DNA of 64,000 nt from Felis catus (taxonomy: Eukaryota). Position numbers and translations under genes: made by a program. Below the pieces are notes generated by a model. The model saw only the letters and a list, made by a program, of their open reading frames with translations, did no database searches and was not told the origin of the DNA. Location: contig NC_058368.1 of the NCBI RefSeq assembly GCF_018350175.1, positions 224,132,001 to 224,196,000 of the forward strand. Direction: 5' to 3'. Below are positions 1-12,881 of the stretch, piece by piece (positions within the stretch are counted from its first letter, which is position 1; each line of letters opens with the position of its first letter).

Positions 1-618
1 CAACGGAGTCTAGGCTAAGGACCTAAGCGTAACACAAGGCCAGAACCTCTCCATGGGAGGGCTGGTCTCAGCACACAGCACGAAGCTTATGCAAGGAAGT
101 CCTCTGACAGCAGGACATCTAGCCTATGATTTTGAGAAAGACTTGCTAAATTTGTTGTAAATTAAAGTTTTAAAACCTGGGGGAACAAGCATGAAGGAGA
201 TCTCACACTGGTAGTCCACAGTTTAGATTCTAGTTCTCTCTTATTTCCTATAGGGAAAAATGTTAACCCCAGGTATGACTTCAAAATCCTTCTGCATTGA
301 GAAAAAAAAATCCATTGTCCGGGGATGAGAAATTGAACCTCTTGTCAAAACACTACTAAAGGTTCATCAGTTAAAAAAAAAAAAAAAGGTAAAATACCCA
401 ATGATTTTGAATCCCCAAACTGACAAGCAGTTCACACCAGTTTCACATGGTATGGAGTTCCGTAAACCATATTCCCATTATTTCCTTCAGAAAGTATAAT
501 ACTATATAATTGCTGTCAAAATAAATAATGTGGAGAGACACAAAACCTCTTCGGATGCTCAGGGCTAACATGGAATTTGTGAAGTTTCAACATTTTTTTT
601 TCTTCTTTTCTCCTTTAG

Positions 619-653
619 AATATCAACAAATCAAAGTTCAGTTGCCTTTCCTG
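619..653 (+). other. Candidate 35-nt exon (possibly cryptic or non-coding)
   Basis: Long pyrimidine tract ttttttttcttcttttctcctttAG ending at 618, then 35 nt, then CTG|GTAAGG donor; GCTAAC about 50 nt upstream of the AG. Confidence 0.3.
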
Positions 654-794
654 GTAAGGAACATGTAAGAGCCCCTGGATTTTAGATATATCTTTCCATT
701 TCTCTCCTCTATGTAACAATGCTACTACAAAGGAACATGTTAAACCTAACATTTTTTTAATTAAATTAAATTCTTTTTAAAGATTTTATTTTTA

Positions 795-1008
795 AAAATT
801 TTTTTAACGTTTATTCATTTTTGAGAGACAGAGAGAGACAGAGCATGAGCGGGGAAGGGGCAGAGAGAGGGAGACACAGAATGTGAAACAGGCTCCAGGC
901 TCTGAGCGGTCAGCACAGAGCCCGACGCGGGGCTCGAACTCACAAACTGCGAGATCCTGACCTGAGCCGAAGTCGGACGCTCAACCGACTGAGCCACCCA
1001 GGCTCCCC
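795..1008 (-). mobile_element. CanSINE (felid SINEC_Fc-type) inserted in the tail of an older SINE
   Basis: tRNA-derived head, (CT)n and A-tail on minus strand; TSD ttaaagattttattttta at 777-794 and 1009-1026. Confidence 0.95.
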
Positions 1009-1119
1009 TTAAAGATTTTATTTTTATGTAAACTCTACACCCAAAGTGGGGCTTACACTCACTACCCCAATATCAAGACTCACATGCTCTACCAATTAAC
1101 TGAGCCAGACAGGCACCCC
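1009..1119 (-). mobile_element. Short older CanSINE lacking the (CT)n segment
   Basis: Reverse complement reads ggggtgcctgtctggctcag...gagcatgtgagtcttgat...ttgggtgtagagtttacataaaaataaaatcttt. Confidence 0.85.
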
Positions 1120-1137
1120 AAAATAAAATTGATTTCT

Positions 1138-1369
1138 TGTTTTGTTTTGTTTTGTTTTAATTTTCAATGTTTACTTATTCATTTTGGAGAGAGAGACAGA
1201 GACACAGTGCTAGCCGGGGAGGGGCAGAAAGAGGGAGACACAGAATCCAAAGTAGACTCCAGGGTCTAAGCTATCAGCACAGAGCCTGCCATAGGGCTTG
1301 AACTCACAAACCATGAGACCGTGACCTGAGCCAAACTCAGATGCTTAACTGAGCCACCCATGCGTCCCC
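1138..1369 (-). mobile_element. CanSINE
   Basis: SINE body; TSD ataaaattgatttct at 1123-1137 and 1370-1384. Confidence 0.95.
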
Positions 1370-3253
1370 ATAAAATTGATTTCTAAATAATGTTACCTGA
1401 AAAATAATAATCATTGTGTAAGAAAGTCTAAATTTCTGTTAAGGAGAAAAACTTAAAAAAAGGAATGTCTGCCTTCCTGTTGCAACTTTAGGGGCAAAAA
1501 TATACCTGCTCTGTGAGAGAGACTGCAGAGTTCATAATTAAGTGAATAAAAGATTATTAATAGCAAATAATGAATGAATAAAATATTTTCAATGTGATAA
1601 CATCCTGTCTTTCAAGCTTCACCAGAATGAGTTTGAATTAATAGACTTTTCCTCTTCGTTTCTACTACCCATACTGAAATGTATTGAACTACTGATGATG
1701 ACATTTGTTACATTTAAAGATGTGTCCAGAGGAATAATGCTTTAATTCCTGAACACGGCTAACCTTTGAATGACTTCTAAAGACCTTAACAATGTTTGCC
1801 GGAAAGATGATAAAATAAGTATAATACAAGAATCCTAAAAAAAAATAAAAAAAAAAAAAACATTGAGAAATTGAAACAATTTGTAGAAATGCCCATAGAG
1901 GAGCACTCTAAAGCTAAGTAAGAATCCTCTCCTGAGTATTTTAATGATGACACAGTAATAACAAGGGATGATTTTTTTTAACTCAAACATAATTTCCTAA
2001 TCTTTCCAGTAGTATACTAGTCATTTAAAATGAAGATGAGGATATGCCATGTAAAATAATTTAAGGAAAATCTCATACTCTAGGTCAGAGAAAAAAGTTT
2101 TTATGTACACAATTGCTATAGAACAAAAGTATCGCTAAAGTTTCACTGTGAGTTCTCAGAGCCAATCTGAGAGCTTTCTGCCTCTGAGAGCTAAGCTAAA
2201 GGAATTCTGAGTCTGACATAGGTTACTTTGTAAATAATAACGTCAGATTTCCTAATTTCCCACTAGATGCATTTAAACATCACAGGATCATCCTCAGTGC
2301 TCAGTTTGAGTAGCTGTTGTACAAATTAAGGATCACAAAAACAGAAATGTGAGGACAGGTGATACGGGTTGGACTAAAATTCTTCAGCTTCGTCTAAGTT
2401 CAAATAAGTCATTTTATTGCTTTGCACTTAATGAGGAAAATATGTGTTTTCTTTTGTTGCTATTTCAGTGATAAGCAAATTCATATATGAGCTATAGTAA
2501 GAGAGACAAACAGATAAGAAATATGAAAAAGGAGAGAAAAGAAGATGAAAACAGAAGGGCAAAGAAGAGTAGGAAAATGGAGAAATGCGTGTGGGTGTTA
2601 GTGAGATCATGAAGTTAGTGACTTTGCTTTCCATTTGTAAATCATTCTTCTTGCAAACCACTTTTGCAATTTGCAAAAACATAGATATACAAGCTAGCCA
2701 TGGATATACCTTATGTGTGACAAAGTAGCATCTATTTTGTAAAATGCTTAGACATTGCCTTCAAATTGCTTTTATTTGCAACTATGTAAAAAGCCTCTTT
2801 CTTGCATAAGAATGGCTTCTTGGTAGCAAGAGGGCTGTGCAACAGACAACTAAACTAAGTGGTTTGCTTCACATTTGAATAAAATATATCTATTTACTCA
2901 GCTAGAGATTCTTGTTACAAGAGCTCAAATAAATGAGTAAAGATAAATAACATACTCAACAGAATACATTATTTTGGCTCACTTTTATGAAGAAAAGGCA
3001 CTTTACAAAAGCTTGGATACATTATTGAAAATAATGGTTGCATGTCTTTAGCTCTGTAAAATTAAAAAAAAAATTAGTCTGCAATAATTATAATTAACAC
3101 TTAAAAAATTAAACCAAAATCTATGTGAAATAGACATCATAGAAATTTATTTTTAAGCCAAAGTAAAATAATTCCAAATATGACTTTCTTCTTGTTTAAA
3201 TACATGCATATCATACTGATGTATTTCTTATAACATTAAAACAAAATACCTAA

Positions 3254-3425
3254 GGAACGCCTGGGTGGCTCAGTCCGTTAAGCGTCCGACTCGGCTTAGG
3301 TCATGATCTCTCAGTTCATGAGTTTGAGCCCCTTGACAGGCTCCATGCTGATAGTGGGGAACCTGCTTGGGATTCTCTCTCTCTTTCCCTCTCTCTCCCT
3401 GCCCCTCCCCAATTTGGGCTCTCTT

Positions 3426-3476
<51 letters not shown>

Positions 3477-3510
3477 TTCAAAACAAATAAAATTAAATAA
3501 GACAAATAAA
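3254..3510 (+). mobile_element. CanSINE with expanded (CT)n
   Basis: ggaacgcctgggtggctcagtc head, long CT tract, A-rich tail; TSD degenerate. Confidence 0.93.
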
Positions 3511-4305
3511 AACACAAAGTATCTAAATATAGCTGAAGCCCTAAATTAGCTGCTTTCCTTTATCATTGGATGAGCCTCTAGCTTAATACAAGGATAATCT
3601 GAATATATATTTCTTTCAAAGCAACTACTCTTTGTGGGATGACATAAATAAGCAAAAATAGAACACATGTATTAAAAACACAAGGAGAGGAAAGAGTGTA
3701 TCTGTGAGGTGAAGACCTTTAGTTGAGAAAGAATAACAAAATATTTCCTGTATCATCCAGTAAATGCTCATTTCAATTCAATGCAATAAAATTATCCAAA
3801 TACAGCTTAAGAATATTTCAGACAAAAGTTTTTCTTTACCATTTTCTCTCCCCTACTATCTTGCTTAATAAAAAGACATCTTAAAAGTTACCTTTGTTTA
3901 AGGAAAACATTTAGCAATTTGAAAGTGCTGGAAGAAAGAAAGCGCCAGAAGAAAAGATATGTTACTGGAACTCTCTTTGACAAGGAAGGAATTCAACATG
4001 GATAACCCAGTATATGAGATTTAAAAAAAATCAATATATATAATTGACACTGAGAAATGTACAGAAACTGTAATTTGCAAACAGACTGCTATGATTCTCA
4101 AGAAGTCAACTTTGTCTAACAATGGAGTTTGACACAAATTAATGTCCATGCAAACACTTTTAGCAGAACCCAAATTAAGACCATGCATAAAAACCTGTTT
4201 TAACATATAACTACAGCAATTTTGTTCAACTTCAAACACCTCAAGGACTTCTGACAGTTCCAGCTACTTGCCTGGTTTACAAGCTCATAAGAATATGACT
4301 TATTC

Positions 4306-5390
4306 CAGGCATGTTTCCAAAGAAGACATACAGCTGTCCAACGGACACATGAAAAGATGCTCAACACTCATCATCAGGGAAATGTAAACCAAAACCACAA
4401 TGAGATATCAATTTACACTTGTCAAAATGGCTAAAATACAAACGACAAGAAGTAACAAGGGTTGGTGAGGATATGTAGAATAAGGAACCCTCGGGGCGCC
4501 TGGTTGGCTCAGTCGGTTAAGCGTCCGACTTCAGCTCAGGTCACGATCTCGCGGTCTGTGAGTTCGAGCCCCGCGTCCGGCTCTGGGCTGATGGCTCAGA
4601 GCCTGGAGCCTGCTTCGGATTCTGTGTCTCCCTCTCTCTCTGCCCCTGCCCCGTTCATGCTCTGTCTCTCTCTGTCTCAAAAATAAATAAAAAACGTTAA
4701 AAAAAAAAAAAAAAGAATAAGGAACCCTCATGCACTGCTGGGGGAGTGCGAATAGCTGCCGGCACTGTGAAAAACAGTATGCAAATTCCTCAAAAAATTA
4801 AAAGTAGAATTACCATATGATCCTTTAATTCCAGTGCTGAGTATTTACCCAAAGACAATGAAAACACTAATTGAAATATGCATTTCTATGTTTATTACAG
4901 CATTGTTTACAATAGCCAAGATATGGAAACACCTCAAGTGTCTGTCAATAGATGAATGGATAAAGAAGTAATACACATACAGACGCACATACAAACACAC
5001 AATGGAATATTACTCAGCCATAAAAAAGCATGGAATCTTGTCATTTGCAACAATATGGATAGACCTAGAGGGTGTAATGCTAACTGATGTACGTCAGTCA
5101 GAGAAAGATAACTACCATATGATTTCATTCATATGTAAAATTTAAGAAACAAAACAAAGGAACAAACAGTAAAAAAAAAAAAAGACAAGAAAAAAGTAGA
5201 CTGTTAAGTACGAAGAACAGATTGGTGGTTGACAGAAGGGACGTGGGTGTGGGATAGGTGAATAGATAAAGGGAATTAAGAATACACTTATGTTGAGCAC
5301 TGAGAGATGCATACTACTGATGAATCATTATATTGTAAACCTGAAAATAATACAACAAAGTATGATAATTATACTTGAATAACAAAAACA
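4306..5390 (+). mobile_element. 5'-truncated L1 (end of ORF2 plus 3'UTR), interrupted by a CanSINE
   Basis: Typical L1 3' motifs (ccaaagaagacataca, aaaaccacaatgagatatca, caatggaatattactcagccataaaaa) and L1 terminus near 5380-5390. Confidence 0.92.
4493..4713 (+). mobile_element. Young CanSINE inside L1
   Basis: Perfect TSD agaataaggaaccctc at 4477-4492 and 4714-4729; pure A tail. Confidence 0.97.
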
Positions 5391-6149
5391 CTTAAAATCG
5401 ATACACACATTGTGCTTTCAAAGGGCGTGTAGCACTTCATATAGGCAATTACTATACCTTTCTTAATTTTTGGTTCAGATACCATTGCTGAATACTAAGA
5501 ACTTACATATGTAGCAGTAATTTTCCACGTTAACCATCTGTATGTGGACCTTTATTGAGCAACATGTATATTTTCTGTAATCCTTTTCTTTTTTCCTATG
5601 TTCTGCTTCTGATTATGTTTTGAATAAAATTTTTTGATTTTAAATCTAGTAGTAAAAAAATGGTCTTTAAGACAAAAGAATATGACTAATTCTTTCTTAT
5701 CCAAACTCTATGCATGCTGGACTCTAATTTCTTCAACTGAAACTTGGGGATAATTCCATCAGATAATGTCCTCCTTCACTTAGTATTTGAAAACAAAACA
5801 AAACAAAACTGACATTTTTAAAATCAATGGATTATCCTGTTGGTCTCTGTAGGTGAGGACAATTTTATAAATATAAAAAATACAAAAATTAAAAAACACT
5901 TTTCATATCATTAGTAATAAATTGTATTTTGTTAGTAATAAATACATTCTGCTAGTAATGATTTTGTCAAAATAGTATAAATCTTATGAAGTATTAATTT
6001 AAAACTTTTTCTTCATCTTCTCTGCCTACATTCAATCCAATCTTCCTAGTATAAAATTAATATTTAAATGTTGATATGCATCCTTCTAAACTTTTTTTTT
6101 GTTTTTCTGTCTTAATAATGGCTGTTTTCTTAAAATATATATATATATT

Positions 6150-6362
6150 GGGGCACCTGGGTGAGTCCGTTGGTTAAGTGTCTAACTTTCAGTGTTAGCT
6201 CAGATAATGATCTCATAATTAGTGAGATCAAGTCCCATGGCAGGCTGCATGCTGACAGAGTGGAGCCTGCTTGGGATTCTCTCTCTGCCTCTCTTACTGC
6301 CCCGCCCCAGTTCACACACTCTCTCTGTCTCGAAATAAATGAACTTAAAAACATAAATAAAA
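6150..6362 (+). mobile_element. Older, diverged CanSINE
   Basis: ggggcacctgggtg head, ttgggattctctctctgcc, aaataaatgaacttaaaa tail. Confidence 0.9.
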
Positions 6363-6510
6363 CATGACTTGTTTAAAAAAAAAATAAGCCATACAAAAAA
6401 AAATCAAAAACAACTTTAAAACACATATCCAAAAGGTCAAACTTATATTTTAACCATTAAGCAGAGAGCATTCCAGATGATTTGTTAGGCTTTTGCAAAA
6501 TAAAAAAGCA

Positions 6511-6736
6511 GGGCGCCTGGGTGGCGCAGTCGGTTAAGCCTCCGACTTCAGCCAGGTCACAATCTCGCGGTCCGTGAGTTCGAGCCCGCGTCAGGCTCTG
6601 GGCTGATGGCTCAGAGCCTGGAGCCTGTTTCCGATTCTATGTCTCCCTCTCTCTCTGCCCCTCCCCCGTTCATGCTCTGTCTCTCTCTGTCCCAAAAATA
6701 AATAAACGTTGAAAAAAAATATATCAAAAAAAAAAA
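6511..6736 (+). mobile_element. Young CanSINE
   Basis: Diagnostic gtggcgcagtcgg, cagccaggtcac, gggctgatggc; TSD caaaataaaaaagca at 6496-6510 and 6737-6751. Confidence 0.97.
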
Positions 6737-8427
6737 CAAAATAAAAAAGCAAATAAAAAGAAAGAAGGAATGAAAAGAAGAAAGTAAAAGAAAGACATAA
6801 GAATGAAATAAAGTATTTTATTTAAAACTGGGATCATGCTATAAATTATACTTTTCATATAAGCTATTTTTAGTTGAATTTAAAAGGAAAAAAAAACAGG
6901 AACTCAGACACAACAACAGGGCATAAGCAATGCAGAGGATACTCTCCTTAAGTGCCAGGTTCTAGTGAACAGAGGAAACTGCAGGCAGTCTAAGACCTCT
7001 TCTTCGTAAAGTCACTACTTTCAACAGCAGAAGACATAGACAACTTTCCTAATACACCCTAATCAGAACATGTTTTTTTTTCCTCATTCCTCAGTTTCAA
7101 ATGCAAATTCATCATTGGACTCACTTTTAATAATTGCAATGTTTCCTGTCTTGGGCTTTGCAAAAGAAGCCTGACAAAATGTGTGCTTTGGCAATAATTT
7201 AGATTTTACCTTATTGTGATTACGATAGTGGTCACTATAGCTACATGGTATAATTTTACTATAATATTTAAATTTTATTAATTTGAACATTTTTTACACT
7301 AACTTTTCCCAATAAAATTCACTATTAAACAAAAGAGAGAGAGAGAGAGAGAAGAAGACAAAATGAAGAAACAGAGAAATGTGTACCAAATGAAAAAACA
7401 GGACAAGGTTCCAGCAAGAGATCTAAGTGAAACAAGTATAAGTAACATGACTGACAGAGACTTTAAAGCAGTGATCATAAGGATACTCACTGGAGTCAAC
7501 AAGAGTGGAAGATATGAATGAGACCTTGAACACAAGGATAAGGAACAACATAGAAGAGATAAATGACTCAGTAAATGAAAGGAGAAACATGTTTCATGGA
7601 AGGAATGGCAGGATGGAAGAAGCAGAGGAACAAATTAGTGACCTAGAAGACAGTAATGGAAAGCAGTCAAGGTGAACAAAAGAGAGAAAAAGGAATTATC
7701 CAAAATGAAAACACACTTCAGGAACTCAGTGACTCCATCAAACATAATAACATTCATATTGTAGGTGCCCCAGAAGAAGAAAAGAGAGAAAAGGAAGCAG
7801 AAAATTTACCTGAAAAAAATAATAGCTAGAAACGTCCCTAACCTAGGGAAGGAAACAAATATCCAAATCAAGGAGGCACAAAAAACTCCCATCAATAAGT
7901 TTCCAAACAGATATCCAAATCAATAAGCAGATCCAAACCAAGACATATTGGAATTACATTGGCAAAATATGGTAGTAGAGAAAAAAAAAGTTACAAGCAT
8001 CAAAACAAAAGAAGAGTGTAACTTATAAGGGAAAACCCATAGGCTGGCAGGGGATTTTCTGGCAGAAATATTGGAAGACAGAAGGTAGTAACATGATACA
8101 TTCTAAATGCTTAATGGAAAAATTCTTCAACCAAGAATATTCTGTCCAGCAAGGCTATAATTCAGAATAGAAGGAGAGATCAAGAATTTCCCACATAAAC
8201 AAAAAATAAAGGAGTTCATGACCACTAACCCAGCCTAGCAAAATATATTAAAGGAGTCTCTGAATGGAAATGAAAGACCGAAAGTGATAGTATAAAAGCA
8301 GGAAACACAAAAGCAGTAAAAATGAGTATTTTTTTGTAAAAACTCATTTAAAAAACTCATAAAATAAAAGGGCATAAAATATAACAACATCTACCTAAAA
8401 TGTGGGGAGGAGTAAAGAATGAGTTCA

Positions 8428-8641
8428 GGGGTGCTGGGTGGCTTAGTCAGTTAAGCATCCAACTTCAGCTCAGGTCATGATCTCGTAGTTCATGGGTTCA
8501 AGCCCCATGTTGGGCTCTGTGCTGACAGCTTGGAGCCAGTAGTCTGCTTTGGATTCTATGTCTCCCTCTCTCTCTGCCCTTACCTTGTTCTCACTCTGTC
8601 TCTCTCTCTCTCAAAAAAAAAAATTAAAATTAAAAAAATAA
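8428..8641 (+). mobile_element. CanSINE inside L1 inter-ORF region
   Basis: TSD aaagaatgagttca (8414-8427) / aaataatgcgttca (8642-8655). Confidence 0.93.
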
Positions 8642-10009
8642 AAATAATGCGTTCAAACTTAAACAGCCATCAACCTAATACAGACTACCATATGCAGAAG
8701 AGGTTATATACAAACCTAATGGTAACCATATATCAAATCCACTAATAAATATGCAAGGGATAAAGAGAAAACCAAATATGCCACTAATGAAAATCAGCAA
8801 ACCATGAAAGAGAAAAAGACAAGAAAGTAGCTGAGAAAATCTTCAGAAACAACCACAAAACAGAAAATAAAATGAAAATAAATACATATCCATCAAAATT
8901 ACTTTGAATGTAAATGGACTACATGCTCCAATCAAAAGACATGAAATGACAAAATAGATTAAAAAATAAGACTCATCTATGTGCTGCTACAAGAAACTCA
9001 TTTTAGAACTAAAGACACCTGCAGATTGAAAATGAGAGGATAGAGAAACATCTATCACCCAAATGGATATCAAAAGAAAGCCATGGTAGCATTGCTTATA
9101 TCAGACAAACTAGACTTAGAAACAAGGACTGTAACAAGACACAAAGAAGTACACTATATAATAATAAAGAAGACAATCTAACAAGAAGATAATAACACTT
9201 ATAAATATTTATGTACCCAATATAGGAGCATCCAATTATATAAAACAGTTAATAACAAACATAAAGGAGTCTACTGATAATAATAGAATAATAGCAGGGA
9301 ATTTAGCACCCCATTTACATCAATGGACAGATCATCTAAACAAAAAACAAACAAGGAAACAATGGATTTGAATGAAACATTAGAACAAATGGATTTAACA
9401 GATATATTCAGAACATTCCATTCTAAAACAGCAGAATACATAGTATTTTAAAGGGCACATGGAACATTCTCCAGAATAGATCACATATTAGCCCACAAAA
9501 CAAGCCTCTTTATTCAAGAAGATCAAAGTCATATCGTTCATCTTTTCTGACCACACCACAATGAAACTGGAAAGCAACCATAAGAAAAAATCAGAGAAGA
9601 CCATAAATACATGTAGGTTAAATAACATGCTACTATCAACGAATGGGTCAATGAGGAAATTTTAAAAAAGAAAGAAAGAAAAAGAAAAAGAAAAGAAACA
9701 AATAAAAAAGTACATGGAAACAAGTGAAAAATGAAAACACAATTGTCCAAAACTTTTGGGATGCAGCCAAAGTGGTTTTAAGACAGAAGTTTATAGCAAT
9801 ACAGGCCTACCTCAAGAAGCAAGAAAAATCTCAAATATACAAGTTAACCTTATACCTAAAGAAGCTAGAAAAATAACAATAAACAAATCTCAAAATGAGT
9901 AGAAGTAAGAAAATAATAAATATTAGAGCAGAAAAATATGATATAGAAGCCAAAGAAAATAAATAAATAAACAAATAAATAAATAAAAGATAGACTAGAC
10001 TAGAAAATA

Positions 10010-10080
10010 AGAGAAGAGAAGAGAAGAGAAGAGAAGAGAAGAGAAGAGAAGAGAAGAGAAGAGAAGAGAAGAATAGAATA
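10010..10080 (+). repeat. (GAGAA)n pentanucleotide microsatellite inside L1 ORF2
   Basis: Direct reading of tandem gagaa units. Confidence 0.97.
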
Positions 10081-11412
10081 GAAGGATGAAGCCAGGAGCT
10101 GCTTTTTTAGGGAAAAAATAATAAAATTGATAAATCTCAAGCAAGACACATAAAGAAAAACAGAAAAAGGACTCAAATAAATAAAGTCACAAATAAGAGA
10201 CGAGAAATAACAACCAACACCACAGTAATACAATCATAAGAAAAATCTGAAAAACTATATGCCAACAAACTAGACAACCTAGAAGAAATGGATAAATTCC
10301 CAGACATATAAACTATTCAAGTTGGAACAGCATGGAATGCCTTTCCATCACTTTGTGTCATCTTTGATTTCTTTCATCAGTGTTTTATACTGTTAAGACT
10401 ATAGGTCTTTCACCTCCTTGGTTAGGTTTATTCCTAGGTATCTTATGGTTTGGGTGCAATGATAAATGAGATCAATTCCTTGATTTCTCTTTCTGCTTCT
10501 TCATTACTGGTGTATAGAAATGCAACAGATTTCTGTACATTGATTTTGTATCCTGTGACTTTACTGAATTTATCATTTCTAACCCCTTTTGATGGAGTCA
10601 TTTGGTTTTTCTATAGATAGTGTCATGTCATCTGTAAATAGTGAAAGTTTTATTTCTTCCTTACCAATTTGGGTGCCTTTTTATTTAGTTTTGTTTTCTT
10701 ATTGCTGTGGCTAGGACTTCCATTATTATGTTGAATAAAAGTAGTGAGAATGGACAAAATGTCTTGCTTCTGACCATAGAGGAAAACCTCTGAGACTTTC
10801 CCAATTGAGAATGTTACTAGATGTGGGTTTTTTGTATATGGCCTTTATTATGTTGAGGTATGTTCCCTCTAAACCTACTTTGTTGATGATTTTTATCATG
10901 AATGACTGTTACACTTTTCCAAATGCATTTTCTGCATCTGTTGAAATGATCATATGGTTCTTACTCTTTCTATTGATGTGATGTATCATGTTGATTGATT
11001 TGCAAATATTGAGCCACACTTGTAATCCAGGAATAAATCCTAGTTGGTCATGGTGAATTATGTTTTTAATGTATTGTTAAATTCAGTTTGCTAGTATTTT
11101 GTTGAGGATTTTTGTATATATATTCATCAGTGATATTGGCCTGCAGTTCTCTTTTTTAGTGGGGTCTTTATTTGGTTTTGATATCAGAGTGATGCTGGTC
11201 TCATAGAATGAATTTGGAAGTTTTCCTTTCTCCTCTATTTTTTGGAATAGTTTGAGACCAGTTGTGACCTCTTCTTTACATATTTAATAGAATTCTTCTG
11301 TGCAGTTGTGTCGTCCTAGACTTTTGTTTGTTGGAAAGACATTCCGTGCTCACAGATTGGAACAACAAATATTGTTAAAATGTTTATACTACCCAAAGCA
11401 ATCTACACATTT

Positions 11413-11640
11413 TTTAATGTTTTATGTATTTGTTTTGAGAGAGAGAGACAGAGACAGACAGACAGACAGATTGAGAGCACTAGTGGGGGAGGGACAGAGA
11501 AAGAGACAGAAAATCCCAAGCAGGCTCCCCACTGTCAGCTCAGAGCCCAACACAAGGCTCAAACCCATGAACTGTGAGATTATGACTTGATCCAAAATGA
11601 AGAGTTGGACACTTAACTGACCAAGCTGCCCAGGAGCCCC
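11413..11640 (-). mobile_element. CanSINE inside L1 ORF2
   Basis: TSD agcaatctacacattt at 11397-11412 and 11641-11656. Confidence 0.95.
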
Positions 11641-12838
11641 AGCAATCTACACATTTAATGTAATCCTTATCAAAATACCAACAAAATTTTTCACAAAACT
11701 GAATCAAACAATCCTAAAATTTCTATGGAACCAAAAACATCCCAAATAGCCAGAGCGATCTTGGGGGGGGGGGGGAAAGCAAAGCTGGAGTCCTCACAAT
11801 TCCAGACTTTAAGTAGTATTACAAAGCTGTAACAATAAAAGCTGTATGGTACTGACACAAAAAATAGACACACAGATCAATAGGACAGAATAGAAAATCC
11901 AGAATTAAACCCACAACTATATAGTCAATTACTCTTCAACAAAACAGGAAAGAATATTTTGTGGTAAATAGACAGTCTCTTCAACAAATGGTATTGGAAA
12001 AACTGGACAGCTACATGTAAAAGAAAGAAACTGGACCATTTTCTTAGACCATACACAAATATAAATTCAAATTAGATTACAGACCATAATGTGAGACCTG
12101 AACCCATAAAACTCTTAGAAGAGTACACAGACAGTAACTTCTTTGAAATCAGCCATAGTAATTTCTTTCTAGATTATGTCTCTTGAGGCAAAGGAAACAA
12201 AAGCAAAAATAAACTATTAGGACTTAATCAAGATACAAAGCTTTTTTTCTGAAGGGCCAATGAAAAAATCAACAAAACTAAAGGCAAACTATGGAATGGG
12301 GAAATACATTTACAAATGAAATATCCAATAAAAGGTTAGTAGTCAAAATATAAAGAACTTATAAAACTCAACACCCAAAAAACAAATAACCCAATTTGAA
12401 AATGGGCGGAAAACATGAACAGACATTTCTCCAAAGACATACACATGGCAAACGAACACATGCAAAGATGTTCAACATTGCTAATCATCCAGTAAATCAA
12501 AACTACAATGAGATATCACCTCACACCTGTCACAATGACTAAAATCAAAAACACAAGAAACAGGTGTTGGCAAAGATGTGGCGAAAAAGGAATGCTCATA
12601 CTCTGTTGGTGTTCATGTAAACTGGTATAGCCACTGTGGAAAACAGTATGGAGTTTCCTCAAAAAGTTAAACATAGATCTACCCCATAACCCAGCAATTG
12701 CACTACTGAGTATTTACCCAGAGAATACAAAAAACACAAATTCAAAGGGATACATGTACCTTGACGTTCATAGAAGCATTATCTACAATAGACAAATTAT
12801 GGGAAAATGACCACTGGCTGATGAAAGGATAAAGATCT

Positions 12839-12840
<2 letters not shown>

Positions 12841-12879
<39 letters not shown>
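12841..12879 (+). repeat. (TG)n microsatellite
   Basis: Pure TG run in L1 3' region. Confidence 0.98.

Positions 12880-12881
<2 letters not shown>

Noticed and set aside
4493..4575. tRNA-like A and B boxes at SINE heads
   Set aside because: Part of tRNA-derived SINEs; no standalone tRNA gene
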